Assembly (NCBI GenBank): GCA_963707025.1 | Contig: CAVPOM010000005.1 | Coordinates: forward strand, 608,217-672,216 | Length of the DNA stretch: 64,000 nucleotides | Origin: an uncultured Verrucomicrobiae bacterium | Lineage (GTDB): Bacteria > Verrucomicrobiota > Verrucomicrobiia > Limisphaerales > Palsa-1400 | Reading direction: 5' to 3' | Part shown: positions 44,255-53,071 of the stretch, piece after piece | Layout of the letters: each line of letters begins with the position of its first letter | How positions within the stretch are numbered: the stretch's first letter is position 1 | Notes under the pieces: model-generated | What the model was told of the DNA's origin: nothing | What the model saw: only the letters and a program-made list of their open reading frames with translations | Database searches by the model: none | Made by a program: the position numbers and the translations under genes

Positions 44255-46497
44255 CTGGCCAGCAGCAGCAAAAGAGAGACAACGATGCCTGGCTCCAGGC
44301 ACTTGTCGGGGCACAGCGGGGGCTGGATTCTAATTGGCCCGCTAATCCAGAGAATATCCGCAAATGAGACTTTGAGACCCGCGAGACCCGTGAGCGGATA
44401 ATTCCTGCGTGACGCCAGAAGTAACACCCACCTTTACGGAATTCTGACCAAAACCGGGCCTGGGAACTGCTTTTACGGCAAACCCCTATTCAGCGTTCGT
44501 TGCCGGCCACACGTTGAGTTGGGTCGTGCCTTGGCGGAGATTATCGAACGGCCCGGCCGAAAGTTTTGCTCCATGTCGCTGCTTCCCAAAATAATCGGTG
44601 TTGACGCGAATCTGGCTGCCGTCAGGCTGGTCGTAGGCAGCATTCGGGATGGCTGCCCGGCCCAGCAATTTCGTGGTCACGGGCTGGCGCGCCCGCCCCT
44701 GGTTCCAAGCCGGGTCGAACTTCATTTGAAGCCGCCAGCCGCCGGCTTCCCGGACAAGTTTGAGCATGGGATCAAAGTCCGTTTTGAGAAGCGGGTTGAT
44801 TTCATGCTTCGACGCTTTGGCGCCCTTTAAAAAGACATTCCCATCCATCCAGACAGGCAACCGTGCCGCATCGTATGGGCTCAGATCACCGCGCCCCAGA
44901 AACAGATTGTTGTAGAAGCGGTCATCACCGCACGGGTTGTTGTGCAGTCCCGCAAGTTCGGTGGAATGCGCCTTGAGGAACGGCGTCATGCGGCCGTCGA
45001 AAGGATTCACCATGATGCCCCCCGCGATCAGGTTGTGAACAAAGGCCCCGCCCTGTGACACGTCAAGCAATGTCGTGCGCGACAGGAAGATATTGTTGTC
45101 CACCAGAAATGGGCCGTGATCCACCTCGAAGAAAACATCCTGGTCCGGATTGTCGTGGAGCAGATTGCCGCTGACCCGGGCGCCTTGCGCCATCCAGTCC
45201 AGCCAGATTCCGCGGCAGGTTCGATAGATGTGGTTGTGGCTGATTTCGACATCAATGGCTCCATGGAACTTGATGCCCGCCATCTCGGCTCCTGAGAACA
45301 GCCGCCGGACGTGAATGTCATGGATGGTGTTGCCGGTCACCGTGCTGAACGAGCAGCCCAGGCTTCCCACGATGCCGGCCTGTTCGCAATGCGAGATGTC
45401 GTTGCCGCGGACGATGTGGTGGCCAATGTTGGCCTTGTTCCAGCCGTCTGCCAGGGCGCGCTCGATGGTTTTGACGTAACCCCCGGCGCTGTTGGCGGAA
45501 GTGTTGTCAAACTGGTCGCCATACTTTCCCAGCGAGATGCCGGAGCAAATCGAGTGGCTGATCGTATTGCTCTCGATGATCCAGCCCTTGCTCCAATGCG
45601 GGCCAATCAACCCAATCTGCTCCGCCGTCGGCGGCGACCAGGGCGTGGCCGCCTGCCGCAGGATGAAACCGCGCACGGTGATGAAGTTGATGCCGGTCTG
45701 CTCCGGGTAAAAGACCGTCCGCCGCACATTGATCTCCACCAGTTGTTCGTTCGGGTTGACCTCCTTGAATTGCGCCCAGAGGGTGGTGTTCGTCGCGCCC
45801 ACCTCCCCAAACCACAGCGCGTTGGTGGCCGCGGGCTTCAAAACCTCGTCCAGCTTGGCCGCTTCCGTCAGCCACTCGCCGTTGAGATAGACCGCTCCGG
45901 TGTGATATGCACGGCCTTTGGGATCAAACCAGTCGCCGTGGATCAGGTCGCTGTAGGGATTAAAGCCGCCGAAGAGCGCATTGGGCAACGTCGCCTGCCA
46001 AACATTCTCCTGAACTGCCACCCAGTTCGTGACGACTTCCGACCCTCTGATCTCGACCCGCTCGCCCGGCGCGGCCTGATAAATGATCCGCCTCCGGTCG
46101 GACTGGCCGCCGCGTGGCGGATTGATGCGTTCCCGGTAAATGCCGGCATGCACAGAAATGGCATCGCCCGGTTGGGCGAGATTGGCCGCCTGCTGAATCG
46201 TTCGAAACGGCTTTGCCCGCGTTCCCTCATTGTTATCGTCTCCCTGAACCGATACGTGAAACTCACTTGCGGCTGCAGTGGTGACCGCCATTCCAATTGA
46301 AAAAAGATGCAGGAGGATATGTTTGATCTTCATTGGGTCCCTTTAACCTTTACCAAAACCAACCCTGTGGAAAGCGAAAAGCTTTTAAGGGACAAATGAA
46401 ATTCGCTCACCAAGCCAGACGCGCTTCTTCAGCCGGACACGTCTCTTCCTGGCTGGTTGTTGTATTGTTGCGGTGAAATCTGGCCAGCAGCAGCAAA
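44255..46497. repeat. 18-bp direct repeats flanking the GH120 gene
   Basis: CTGGCCAGCAGCAGCAAA at 44255-44272 and 46480-46497. Confidence 0.75.
44486..46333 (-). CDS. GH120 beta-xylosidase-like right-handed beta-helix protein, secreted
   Basis: FHVS..GDD..GT..KPF.TI, WSPPTAEQIGLIGPHWSKGWIIE, GIKFHGAIDV, WLDWMAQG. Confidence 0.85.
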   Translation of the reverse strand: MKIKHILLHLFSIGMAVTTAAASEFHVSVQGDDNNEGTRAKPFRTIQQAANLAQPGDAISVHAGIYRERINPPRGGQSDRRRIIYQAAPGERVEIRGSEVVTNWVAVQENVWQATLPNALFGGFNPYSDLIHGDWFDPKGRAYHTGAVYLNGEWLTEAAKLDEVLKPAATNALWFGEVGATNTTLWAQFKEVNPNEQLVEINVRRTVFYPEQTGINFITVRGFILRQAATPWSPPTAEQIGLIGPHWSKGWIIESNTISHSICSGISLGKYGDQFDNTSANSAGGYVKTIERALADGWNKANIGHHIVRGNDISHCEQAGIVGSLGCSFSTVTGNTIHDIHVRRLFSGAEMAGIKFHGAIDVEISHNHIYRTCRGIWLDWMAQGARVSGNLLHDNPDQDVFFEVDHGPFLVDNNIFLSRTTLLDVSQGGAFVHNLIAGGIMVNPFDGRMTPFLKAHSTELAGLHNNPCGDDRFYNNLFLGRGDLSPYDAARLPVWMDGNVFLKGAKASKHEINPLLKTDFDPMLKLVREAGGWRLQMKFDPAWNQGRARQPVTTKLLGRAAIPNAAYDQPDGSQIRVNTDYFGKQRHGAKLSAGPFDNLRQGTTQLNVWPATNAE

Positions 46498-46525
46498 GCC
46501 AGGCATCATTACCCGGCTTTGCTGC
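46486..46525. terminator. Hairpin, probable terminator
   Basis: AGCAGCAAAGCC/GGCTTTGCTGCT 12-bp stem just downstream of the minus-strand gene ending at 46540. Confidence 0.55.
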
Positions 46526-46539
46526 TCTGGTTTGGGCAC

Positions 46540-46767
46540 TCAACCGTGACTTTGCTCCTTGGCGATTTCATCCGGCTGCCGCATGAGGAAGGGCAGGTAT
46601 GGTTCGGGCGAGTTGGGCCAGATTTCAGCCGGGGTGAGGATTGCTCCTGTGCCGGCCTCTTCATAATCAGTCTGGTCGCCAGCCACGAATTCCAGCCCGG
46701 TCCATTTCCCCAAGTCCGTATCGTAGGTTTGAATGACAAACCCAGTGGTGATTTTGTTGATTTTCAT
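46540..46767 (-). CDS. Hypothetical protein
   Basis: ATGA-coupled to the upstream ORF. Confidence 0.6.
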   Translation of the reverse strand: MKINKITTGFVIQTYDTDLGKWTGLEFVAGDQTDYEEAGTGAILTPAEIWPNSPEPYLPFLMRQPDEIAKEQSHG

Positions 46768-47012
46768 GGCTCGGAGTCCTCTTTTACGCGCTCCACCCCG
46801 GCAAACCGACCGCCGCGCTCAATGGCGATCTCGCGGGTTGTCTTGATGCAGAACCTGCGGATGGTGCGCAGTGGCAGACGGTCCGCCTTACATGTTGCCG
46901 GTTGAGTTGAATCGTGGACGTGGTTTCCGGCCGAATAAACGACCCGGCCGCCAATCCATACCTCGTAGCCATTGCGGCTGTATTCGCCGTGAACGAGTGG
47001 CGGTTTTTTCAT
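46764..47012 (-). CDS. Hypothetical protein
   Basis: ATGA-coupled on both sides. Confidence 0.6.
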   Translation of the reverse strand: MKKPPLVHGEYSRNGYEVWIGGRVVYSAGNHVHDSTQPATCKADRLPLRTIRRFCIKTTREIAIERGGRFAGVERVKEDSEP

Positions 47013-47203
47013 CCGCCAACCCTTTGCTGGTTGGTTTTCCGGGCCGATTGGTGATATTCGGGTTTCTTTGTCTTGCGCCCGACCGCCCCCAGGGCCTCTT
47101 CCAGGAACTGGGTGGCCTTTTCACAGTTCGGGCCTTTAAACCCAACTGCGTCAATCTGGATTTCTCCCGACGCCCCGATGATGATTTCAATGGTTCTGTT
47201 CAT
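47009..47203 (-). CDS. DUF2997 family protein
   Basis: IEIII...GEIQIDAVGFKGPNCEKATQFLEEALG...KPEY. Confidence 0.75.
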   Translation of the reverse strand: MNRTIEIIIGASGEIQIDAVGFKGPNCEKATQFLEEALGAVGRKTKKPEYHQSARKTNQQRVGG

Positions 47204-47581
47204 TTACACCCCCATGAGAACGAGTTTGATGGAGCCGTTCTGTGGTGGCCGCCGAAGCACGGACAGCCCCTTCTTCCTGGCTTCAATCGTGGTCTTGTGG
47301 ACCCCGTAAAGCTGGAGGAGCTTGCCGTATCCCTGGCCGACCTCCTTCTCCACATGCCCTTCCCACATATCCGCCGTCAGGCCGAAGGTGCCGTCCGGTT
47401 GTTTGTTCACGGCGATGTCATACGGGCCTTTGAGCCGGATGACAAAATCGCCCTTGGTTTTGTTTTCATAATAGCCCCGGGCCTGGGCGTTTTGGAGCAG
47501 GGTCAACCCCAACTCCTGGCACGCGGAATGGAGGGCTGCGATGTCCTTGATTTGTGTTTTGATTTCAGTGAAGTGACTCAT
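47204..47581 (-). CDS. DUF1257 (Ycf35-like) protein
   Basis: MSHFTEIKTQIKD..AL..A..ELG, LLQLYG, GSIKL. Confidence 0.8.
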   Translation of the reverse strand: MSHFTEIKTQIKDIAALHSACQELGLTLLQNAQARGYYENKTKGDFVIRLKGPYDIAVNKQPDGTFGLTADMWEGHVEKEVGQGYGKLLQLYGVHKTTIEARKKGLSVLRRPPQNGSIKLVLMGV

Positions 47582-47627
47582 TGTGTATTTTTGTCCTTTC
47601 TTGGTTGATGATTTAATGATTGACGTT

Positions 47628-47960
47628 TTATGGCCGGCAGGGTGTTCCTTCCACGGCATCGTCCTCGGCGTGTCGGTTGCAGCGGATGCAGCACTGGGTG
47701 TGCAGACTGAAGATGTGCTCCTGTCCGACCAGTTGTTCCAGAGTGGTGTCGGTGGAAAATTCCGTGGCCACACCCTGGACAAAGACCCGCTCATTAGTGG
47801 AGCCATTTTCCCAGGCCGGCGCGGCTTCCACGTTCTCGAATTTGCCTTTGCGCAGAGCCTTCCTGATTTTGCGGAGGGCGGCCTTTCCGCTTTTGGCCTC
47901 CACGACAAAGTCAGCGAAACAGGCGATGTCATGGGCATACGAACAGACGAATTTGGGCAT
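47628..47960 (-). CDS. Hypothetical protein
   Basis: ORF in the co-oriented cluster; C-terminal CxxC. Confidence 0.5.
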   Translation of the reverse strand: MPKFVCSYAHDIACFADFVVEAKSGKAALRKIRKALRKGKFENVEAAPAWENGSTNERVFVQGVATEFSTDTTLEQLVGQEHIFSLHTQCCIRCNRHAEDDAVEGTPCRP

Positions 47961-47986
47961 ATTGATCCGGGGTTGAGAACAGGGTG

Positions 47987-48409
47987 TCAGGCGGCTTGCT
48001 GGCGCAGCCAATCAGACGTGTTCATGGTTTTGATTTCCTTGGCCGTGATGAGAGCAGCGCCGCCACCATAAGCGTCAATGCGCGGCTTGCTGCAATCATT
48101 CGACCACTCGAAGGCCACCCGGCCTTGAGGATCGAACTTCTCCAACAAATGCTGAATGAAGGCGCAGAGCGCATCTATCCCGCCATAATCGGAATGCAGC
48201 CAAAGTCCCCATTTGCCCTGGCCGCTTTCGGCGTCGGTTTCGAACTGCCAGTCTTCGTTCACTTCCTGGATTGAATCGGGAAGCTTCTCGGAAGGTTCAT
48301 CGCCTTGCTGGACGCGGCTGGCATTGGCAGCCAGATCGAGCGCGTACCGTTGCGCGGCTTCATTGGGCAGCGGCAAGACCATGCTGAATTCGGTGAAATA
48401 ATCGGCCAT
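47987..48409 (-). CDS. Hypothetical protein
   Basis: AAGGA RBS; MADYFTEFS...EWSNDCSKPRIDAYGGGA. Confidence 0.65.
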   Translation of the reverse strand: MADYFTEFSMVLPLPNEAAQRYALDLAANASRVQQGDEPSEKLPDSIQEVNEDWQFETDAESGQGKWGLWLHSDYGGIDALCAFIQHLLEKFDPQGRVAFEWSNDCSKPRIDAYGGGAALITAKEIKTMNTSDWLRQQAA

Positions 48410-48679
48410 GATATTTTCCTTTTTGTTGATGGTTGTTGTGACTGTCGAAAATGGAACGTCCATTATGGAACCAAGGCGCAATGCAGTTTTCCGGCAGTTC
48501 CTGTGCTCGATGGGGGTTGACCATTCTCGGCTTTATCCTTGTAGAATGCGAATTGGCGGTTTATGTTGACGTCAAGTCTTTTTGCTTATGAACAATTGGC
48601 GACGTTCGGATTCGGTTGGCGGATCAGATTCAATAAACAAGCCGGGCGTTGCATAAAGAAGGCGGCTGCACAATCCCTT

Positions 48680-48904
48680 ATGAAACAACTAATTTCCCTC
48701 CCAGACAGTGCGGAGATCGGACTGCTCCGCAGCCGGCTGGAGGCCGCGGGCATCGAATGCGAGATGCGTAATGAGTTTTCAACTCAAAGCATGTACGGCG
48801 GCGCTTTTTATCCAGAGATCTGGGTTCTGAAAGATGAGAAGTTTGCTGAAGCGAGCAAGCTGTTGGCGTCGTGCCGGCCAGCCCCGCTACCAGATGCTCA
48901 TTGA
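48680..48904 (+). CDS. DUF2007 family (putative signal-transducing) protein
   Basis: EIGLLRSRLEAAGIECEMRNE...PEIWV. Confidence 0.7.
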   Translation: MKQLISLPDSAEIGLLRSRLEAAGIECEMRNEFSTQSMYGGAFYPEIWVLKDEKFAEASKLLASCRPAPLPDAH

Positions 48905-48987
48905 TGTCTAGTTGAATTGCTGGAGGGTCAGATGGAATGGAGCCGGGCCGGGCCTTTGACAGCACGACCCAACCCCACCCCGAATGT

Positions 48988-49387
48988 TCACGCGGCCAGA
49001 TTGAATTTCCGCCGCCCCATCTCGCCAAACCGCTGGACTAGTTCGGTGGCATTTTCCCGGGCCATTTGGTTGGCCTGATCCCGCAGCCGTGAGAGGCCGT
49101 TGACGAGCTTGGCCCTGGCCGAGGCGCTGTCCCTGTATTCCTCCGCCGTCCTGGTGAGCAGTTCCCGGCGCACCTGCTGCAACCGCTGCTCCATTTCGGT
49201 GTCGTTGACAAAGTTCATTTGTTTGAACTCGTCAATGAACCGGACCAGGCGGTTGAGTGTTTTCTGTGCCGAGGGTGACTTTGACACAACCCAGGACCGG
49301 CAGACTGGATCTTTTTGATGCGATTTTAGAAAGACCGGGCAGGACGGCTTTCAAGTCCGCCACGGGGATTTCGACATTTGTTTTCAT
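48988..49387 (-). pseudogene. Deletion chimera: beta-clamp (DnaN)-like N-terminus joined out of frame to a DUF3150-like C-terminus
   Basis: MKTNVEIPVADLKAVLPGLSKIASKRSSLPVLGCVKV, then in another frame LNRLVRFIDEFKQMNF...GRRKFNLAA. Confidence 0.5.
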
Positions 49388-49480
49388 TGATTCCTTTCGT
49401 TTAAAACAAGCGCCAGCCCCACCTCCACGGTGAAGACTGGCGCTTTGGGTGAGTGTCTCCCATGGGAGACACGGGTTGTT

Positions 49481-49669
49481 TTACAGGATGGTTTTGCCTT
49501 TGGACGGATGCCGTTGGACTTGGTTGCGAATGAATTCCTTGAGGTTTCCTTCGCACTTGAGGAAGAACTCGCCGCCGACCCGGGTGAACTTGTGCGCCCG
49601 CCTCTTGGCCATTTCCAACGCGAATTCCTTGACGTGTTTGCGGTTGATCAACCGGACTTTGACAATCAT
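49481..49669 (-). CDS. Small basic hypothetical protein
   Basis: ATGA overlap with the ligase stop; LINRKHVKEFAL..HKFTRVG..HPSKGKTI. Confidence 0.55.
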   Translation of the reverse strand: MIVKVRLINRKHVKEFALEMAKRRAHKFTRVGGEFFLKCEGNLKEFIRNQVQRHPSKGKTIL

Positions 49670-50760
49670 CCCTCGTCCTCCTCCCCTTTGAACTTCAACT
49701 GGGAGACAACGCATTCGTGCTGCTCCACGTCCGTGCGCACGCCCAGGTAAACCGGCTGATACAGGGCGTTGCTCTCCTTGAAGGCGTAGAGGTAACGGAC
49801 CTCCACCACCGCGCCGACCAGCGGCATCGGATGATTGGGCGGGATGGTGACGTTGCCACACGGAATCCATCCCTTTCCGTTCAGCAAGCGCACTTCCACA
49901 CTGCGTTGAGCGTTGACCTTGGCCACAACCGCAGACAAGGTGGCGCAGAATTTGTATTTCAACTGAGGGCCGCCGCTATTGGGCCGGCCCGGCGTATAAG
50001 GCGCGTCCAAGCCGCTTGAGCACCACTCCTTCCCGTTTGTCCTGTTGCAGTTGTTTGAAGAGGAGCGCCTTCCTGGCCGGGGTGAACGCGCTTTCGACCC
50101 GCTCCAGATGAGTCAGGTGATCAGGCTCAAGCACCTTCATCAGGCGCTCCCAGCGATCCTCGTAGGGACGGCTTCGCAGGTCCTCCTCTCCCAGTTGCAG
50201 CAGGTCAAAGACGTACAGGACATCACCAACGCACTCCCCATCCAGGATGAGATCGCCGGAGATTTGGCCGACTTGATGAACGATGGGAGAAGGCAACCCG
50301 ATCAACAGGCCCTTGCGATTGATCCCGTGAACGGCCGCGCCCTGCTTTTGCAGCAGGGTGCGCCGGCCGTCCTTCTTTTCCTGCAAACACCAGGCCGGGT
50401 CTTTGATGAGCCGTTGGACCTCCTCCTCTGCAATCGGGTTGAGCAATTGAGGGAGTATTCCTGTGACCCGCTCTGCCTTGGCCGTATGCTGATACGGCGT
50501 CCCGTCTTCCCCGGGCGTGTACCCTTTGGCTGTTTTCTCCCGCACCAGCTTGTCGTAGATCCCCTTGGCCGTGTCATAATCCACCGGGGTTGATGTTTTG
50601 GTGCCGGTGTTCATAGTGGAACCTCTGCGCCCATACGCGAAGTTGACGACGAATAATTCCCCGCTGGGTTCAATGCTGCACTGATACACCTTGTCCGAGG
50701 AACCCTCCCGGTAATACAGGGTGATGGATTCCGCCTGGGCGGATTCATAATTGCGTTCAT
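49666..50760 (-). pseudogene. WGR-domain ATP-dependent DNA ligase with two frameshifts
   Basis: LYYREGSSDKVY, YGRRG (WGR); QEKKDGRR, LDGE, FDLL, EGVVLK, LKYKF ligase motifs; frameshifts near 50745 and 50010. Confidence 0.8.
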
Positions 50761-50894
50761 ATTTTCCTTTCTCTTGTTGATGGTTTATCTTGTTGACTGC
50801 AAATGGGCCTGCCGATAAATGGGCATGGGAAATTGCTGAAACGCTTGCTTCCGTGCTGGCGGCGGGATTAGGCTCGGTTCACAGCAAAGAACCT

Positions 50895-51182
50895 ATGAAA
50901 ATCACCGACCAGCACAGGAAAAAACTCTGCCACTTGCTCCACCACGCTTTGGTCGAGATGCGGCTGTTGGGTTGGGCCGGAAAATCAGAGCAGGCGGCGG
51001 ATTTGGCAGACGCGTTCCATGAACTGCCCAAGGATATGTGGCGGGAGGACTTCAGCCTGGAATTCTTCCGGGAGGCGTTTTTGAAAGATTACCGGCAGAA
51101 ATATCCCGAAGAAACAGTGATCAACTACGCGGCCGCCATTGATGAAATGCTGGCGGGGGGAGAAGATTACCGGATGAATTGA
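50895..51182 (+). CDS. Hypothetical protein
   Basis: 95-aa helical ORF adjoining the kinase gene. Confidence 0.55.
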   Translation: MKITDQHRKKLCHLLHHALVEMRLLGWAGKSEQAADLADAFHELPKDMWREDFSLEFFREAFLKDYRQKYPEETVINYAAAIDEMLAGGEDYRMN

Positions 51183-51211
51183 CCCACGGAGCTTTCTTGG
51201 ACGAGCAGACC

Positions 51212-51955
51212 ATGCAGAACCGTGAAATACAATTCCCAGTCTCATTAGAGGTCACGGAGCAGCAGATCGATCTCTCCGCCCTCACCCAAAGGCAACGCGA
51301 GTTCTATTTGGATCTCCTTTCCGAAATCGCGGACATTTACAAAACCACCAACAAATCCAGGGTTGTTGTGGGGATCGCCGGCCCGACAGGAGCGGGCAAG
51401 TCAGTGGTTGCCGTTCTGCTTAAGGATTTGGCGAAGCAGGCCGGCTTGCCGTTTGCCTTGGAGTCCATCACCATCGATGCCTATCATTATCCGAACAGCT
51501 ATTTGCATTCCCATTTCGCGGAGGGCGAACCATTGAAGAGGGTGAAGGGGCGCTTCGACACCTATGATGCCAAAGGGCTGGCCAGGGATCTTAAAGCCTT
51601 TGGCGGAGGGGAACGCGTCTCCTTTCCCACCTACTCGCGCAAATTGCACGATCCGGTAAAGGACGGCATTGTGGTGGATACTGAAAAAGCGCTCCTGATT
51701 GTCGAAGGTCTTTGGCTTCTCTATGATAAAGCTGGCTGGGAAGCAGTCGGCTCGCTGTTGGATTATGCCATCTTCATTGATGCAGACCGGGAGAGGGTAA
51801 AGCAATCCGTTCTCAAACGCCACATGAAGGGAGGAAGGACGTTGGAGGATGCATCAAATTATTACGAACTGGTGGACGCCAAGAACTCTGAGTTAGTGCT
51901 TACGACCAGGCACAGAGCGAACAAGGTCATTCCGCCCTATTATTCAGTGAAGTAA
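51212..51955 (+). CDS. P-loop kinase of the pantothenate/uridine kinase-like (YggC/FrcK) family
   Basis: VGIAGPTGAGKS, IDAYH, KGRFDTYD, FPTYSRKLHDP, IVEGLWLL. Confidence 0.8.
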   Translation: MQNREIQFPVSLEVTEQQIDLSALTQRQREFYLDLLSEIADIYKTTNKSRVVVGIAGPTGAGKSVVAVLLKDLAKQAGLPFALESITIDAYHYPNSYLHSHFAEGEPLKRVKGRFDTYDAKGLARDLKAFGGGERVSFPTYSRKLHDPVKDGIVVDTEKALLIVEGLWLLYDKAGWEAVGSLLDYAIFIDADRERVKQSVLKRHMKGGRTLEDASNYYELVDAKNSELVLTTRHRANKVIPPYYSVK

Positions 51956-52063
51956 AATCCGATCTTTGCGTTTCGCACTCCACCTGATAAAGAGTGAGAG
52001 CCGGACCAGGACGAACCCAATCCGGCCCTCGCGTTGATGTTCTATCGCTGGATGGTGAGGAGG

Positions 52064-52339
52064 TTACCACTTATTGATGACGCACAATTCGCCATCCACC
52101 GGGCTGATTTCCAGGCGCTCGTTTTCAACGCCCTCCGTGTCGTAATCGAGCACGGTGACGTTAAGGTTGGGTGGCAGGTTCAACACTTCATGGACCAATC
52201 CGCCCTCCATGATGACGAAGATCTCGCGCTTGCGGGATTTTGTGACCTTCCCGAGCAGCCGTGTTTTCAATGTATCCGGCCGAGGGAGCACGCCGGGAGC
52301 AGGCACAAAAGTTGCAGACAGGTGGAAAAGCCCGGTCAA
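52064..52339 (-). CDS. Hypothetical protein, probably a 5'-truncated mobile-element gene
   Basis: IFVIMEGGLV..V.VLDYDTEG motif; start unclear. Confidence 0.4.
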   Translation of the reverse strand: MTGLFHLSATFVPAPGVLPRPDTLKTRLLGKVTKSRKREIFVIMEGGLVHEVLNLPPNLNVTVLDYDTEGVENERLEISPVDGELCVINKW

Positions 52340-52405
52340 TCGACGACTGACTCCGACGGTTAGTTAGGGCGCAGGCTGCGAGGCGAGGTTTGACAACTGG
52401 AGAAT

Positions 52406-52972
52406 TTACCCGGTTGTTTGGGCGGCTCTCATTTCACGGATGAGCCAGGCACGGGCGTGGGTCCAGTAATATTTCGCGGTGCGTTCGGAGAGGCCCAGGG
52501 CTTGGGCGGCTTCAATGTTGGTCATGCCCACAAAACAACGCAGCTTGACCACCTCAGCCTGAACGGCATGGACGGCGGCGAGCTTGTCGAGCGCCTCATT
52601 CACGGCGAGGAGTTGGTCGTCGTCACCGGGTCCGGCAATTTCAATATTTTCAAGGTCCACCCGCTGCTGGTCTCCTCCGTGACGCAGGGCTTTTTTTCGG
52701 CGAGCCTTGTCGATGAGGATGCGGCGCATCGCCTCCGCGGCGGCGCCGAAGAAATGAGCCCGGCCAGAGAAGTTGGGATTTGTGTCGCCCACTAACCGCA
52801 GCCAGGCTTCATGCACCAGCGCGGTGGGCTGCAATGTCTGGTTGGGCGATTCGTTCGCCATGCGGGCCGCCGCCAACTTGCGCAACTCCTCATAGACCAA
52901 CGGCAGCAGTTTATCGGCGGCCTTGGGATCGCCGTGTTCGATGGACTCAAGTATGCGAGTAACGTCGCTCAA
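52406..52972 (-). CDS. ECF sigma factor, TIGR02999 (PVC-type) family
   Basis: SDVTRIL..GDPKAA..LLPLVYEELR..LQPTALVHEAWLRL..EAMRRILID..W..ARAWL. Confidence 0.92.
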   Translation of the reverse strand: MSDVTRILESIEHGDPKAADKLLPLVYEELRKLAAARMANESPNQTLQPTALVHEAWLRLVGDTNPNFSGRAHFFGAAAEAMRRILIDKARRKKALRHGGDQQRVDLENIEIAGPGDDDQLLAVNEALDKLAAVHAVQAEVVKLRCFVGMTNIEAAQALGLSERTAKYYWTHARAWLIREMRAAQTTG

Positions 52973-53071
52973 CAACGAAAATCGTTATCAGATTCTTCAT
53001 TGTTGCGCCAGACTTTAGAAGCCGGGACAGGATCATTCTTTATGACCTATGCCCGGGTCCAACACCTTGGA

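Larger units (their letters stand above)
43290..52350 (-). mobile_element. Decayed ICE/prophage-like backbone with interspersed cargo
   Basis: Run of short minus-strand genes (SWIM-like, DUF2997, DUF1257, DUF3150 fragment, dnaN-like fragment, WGR-ligase) with truncations; no integrase in the window. Confidence 0.5.

Noticed and set aside
44365..44400. Short GAGAC(CC) tandem repeats as iterons
   Set aside because: Only three degenerate 8-9 bp units and no rep gene nearby.
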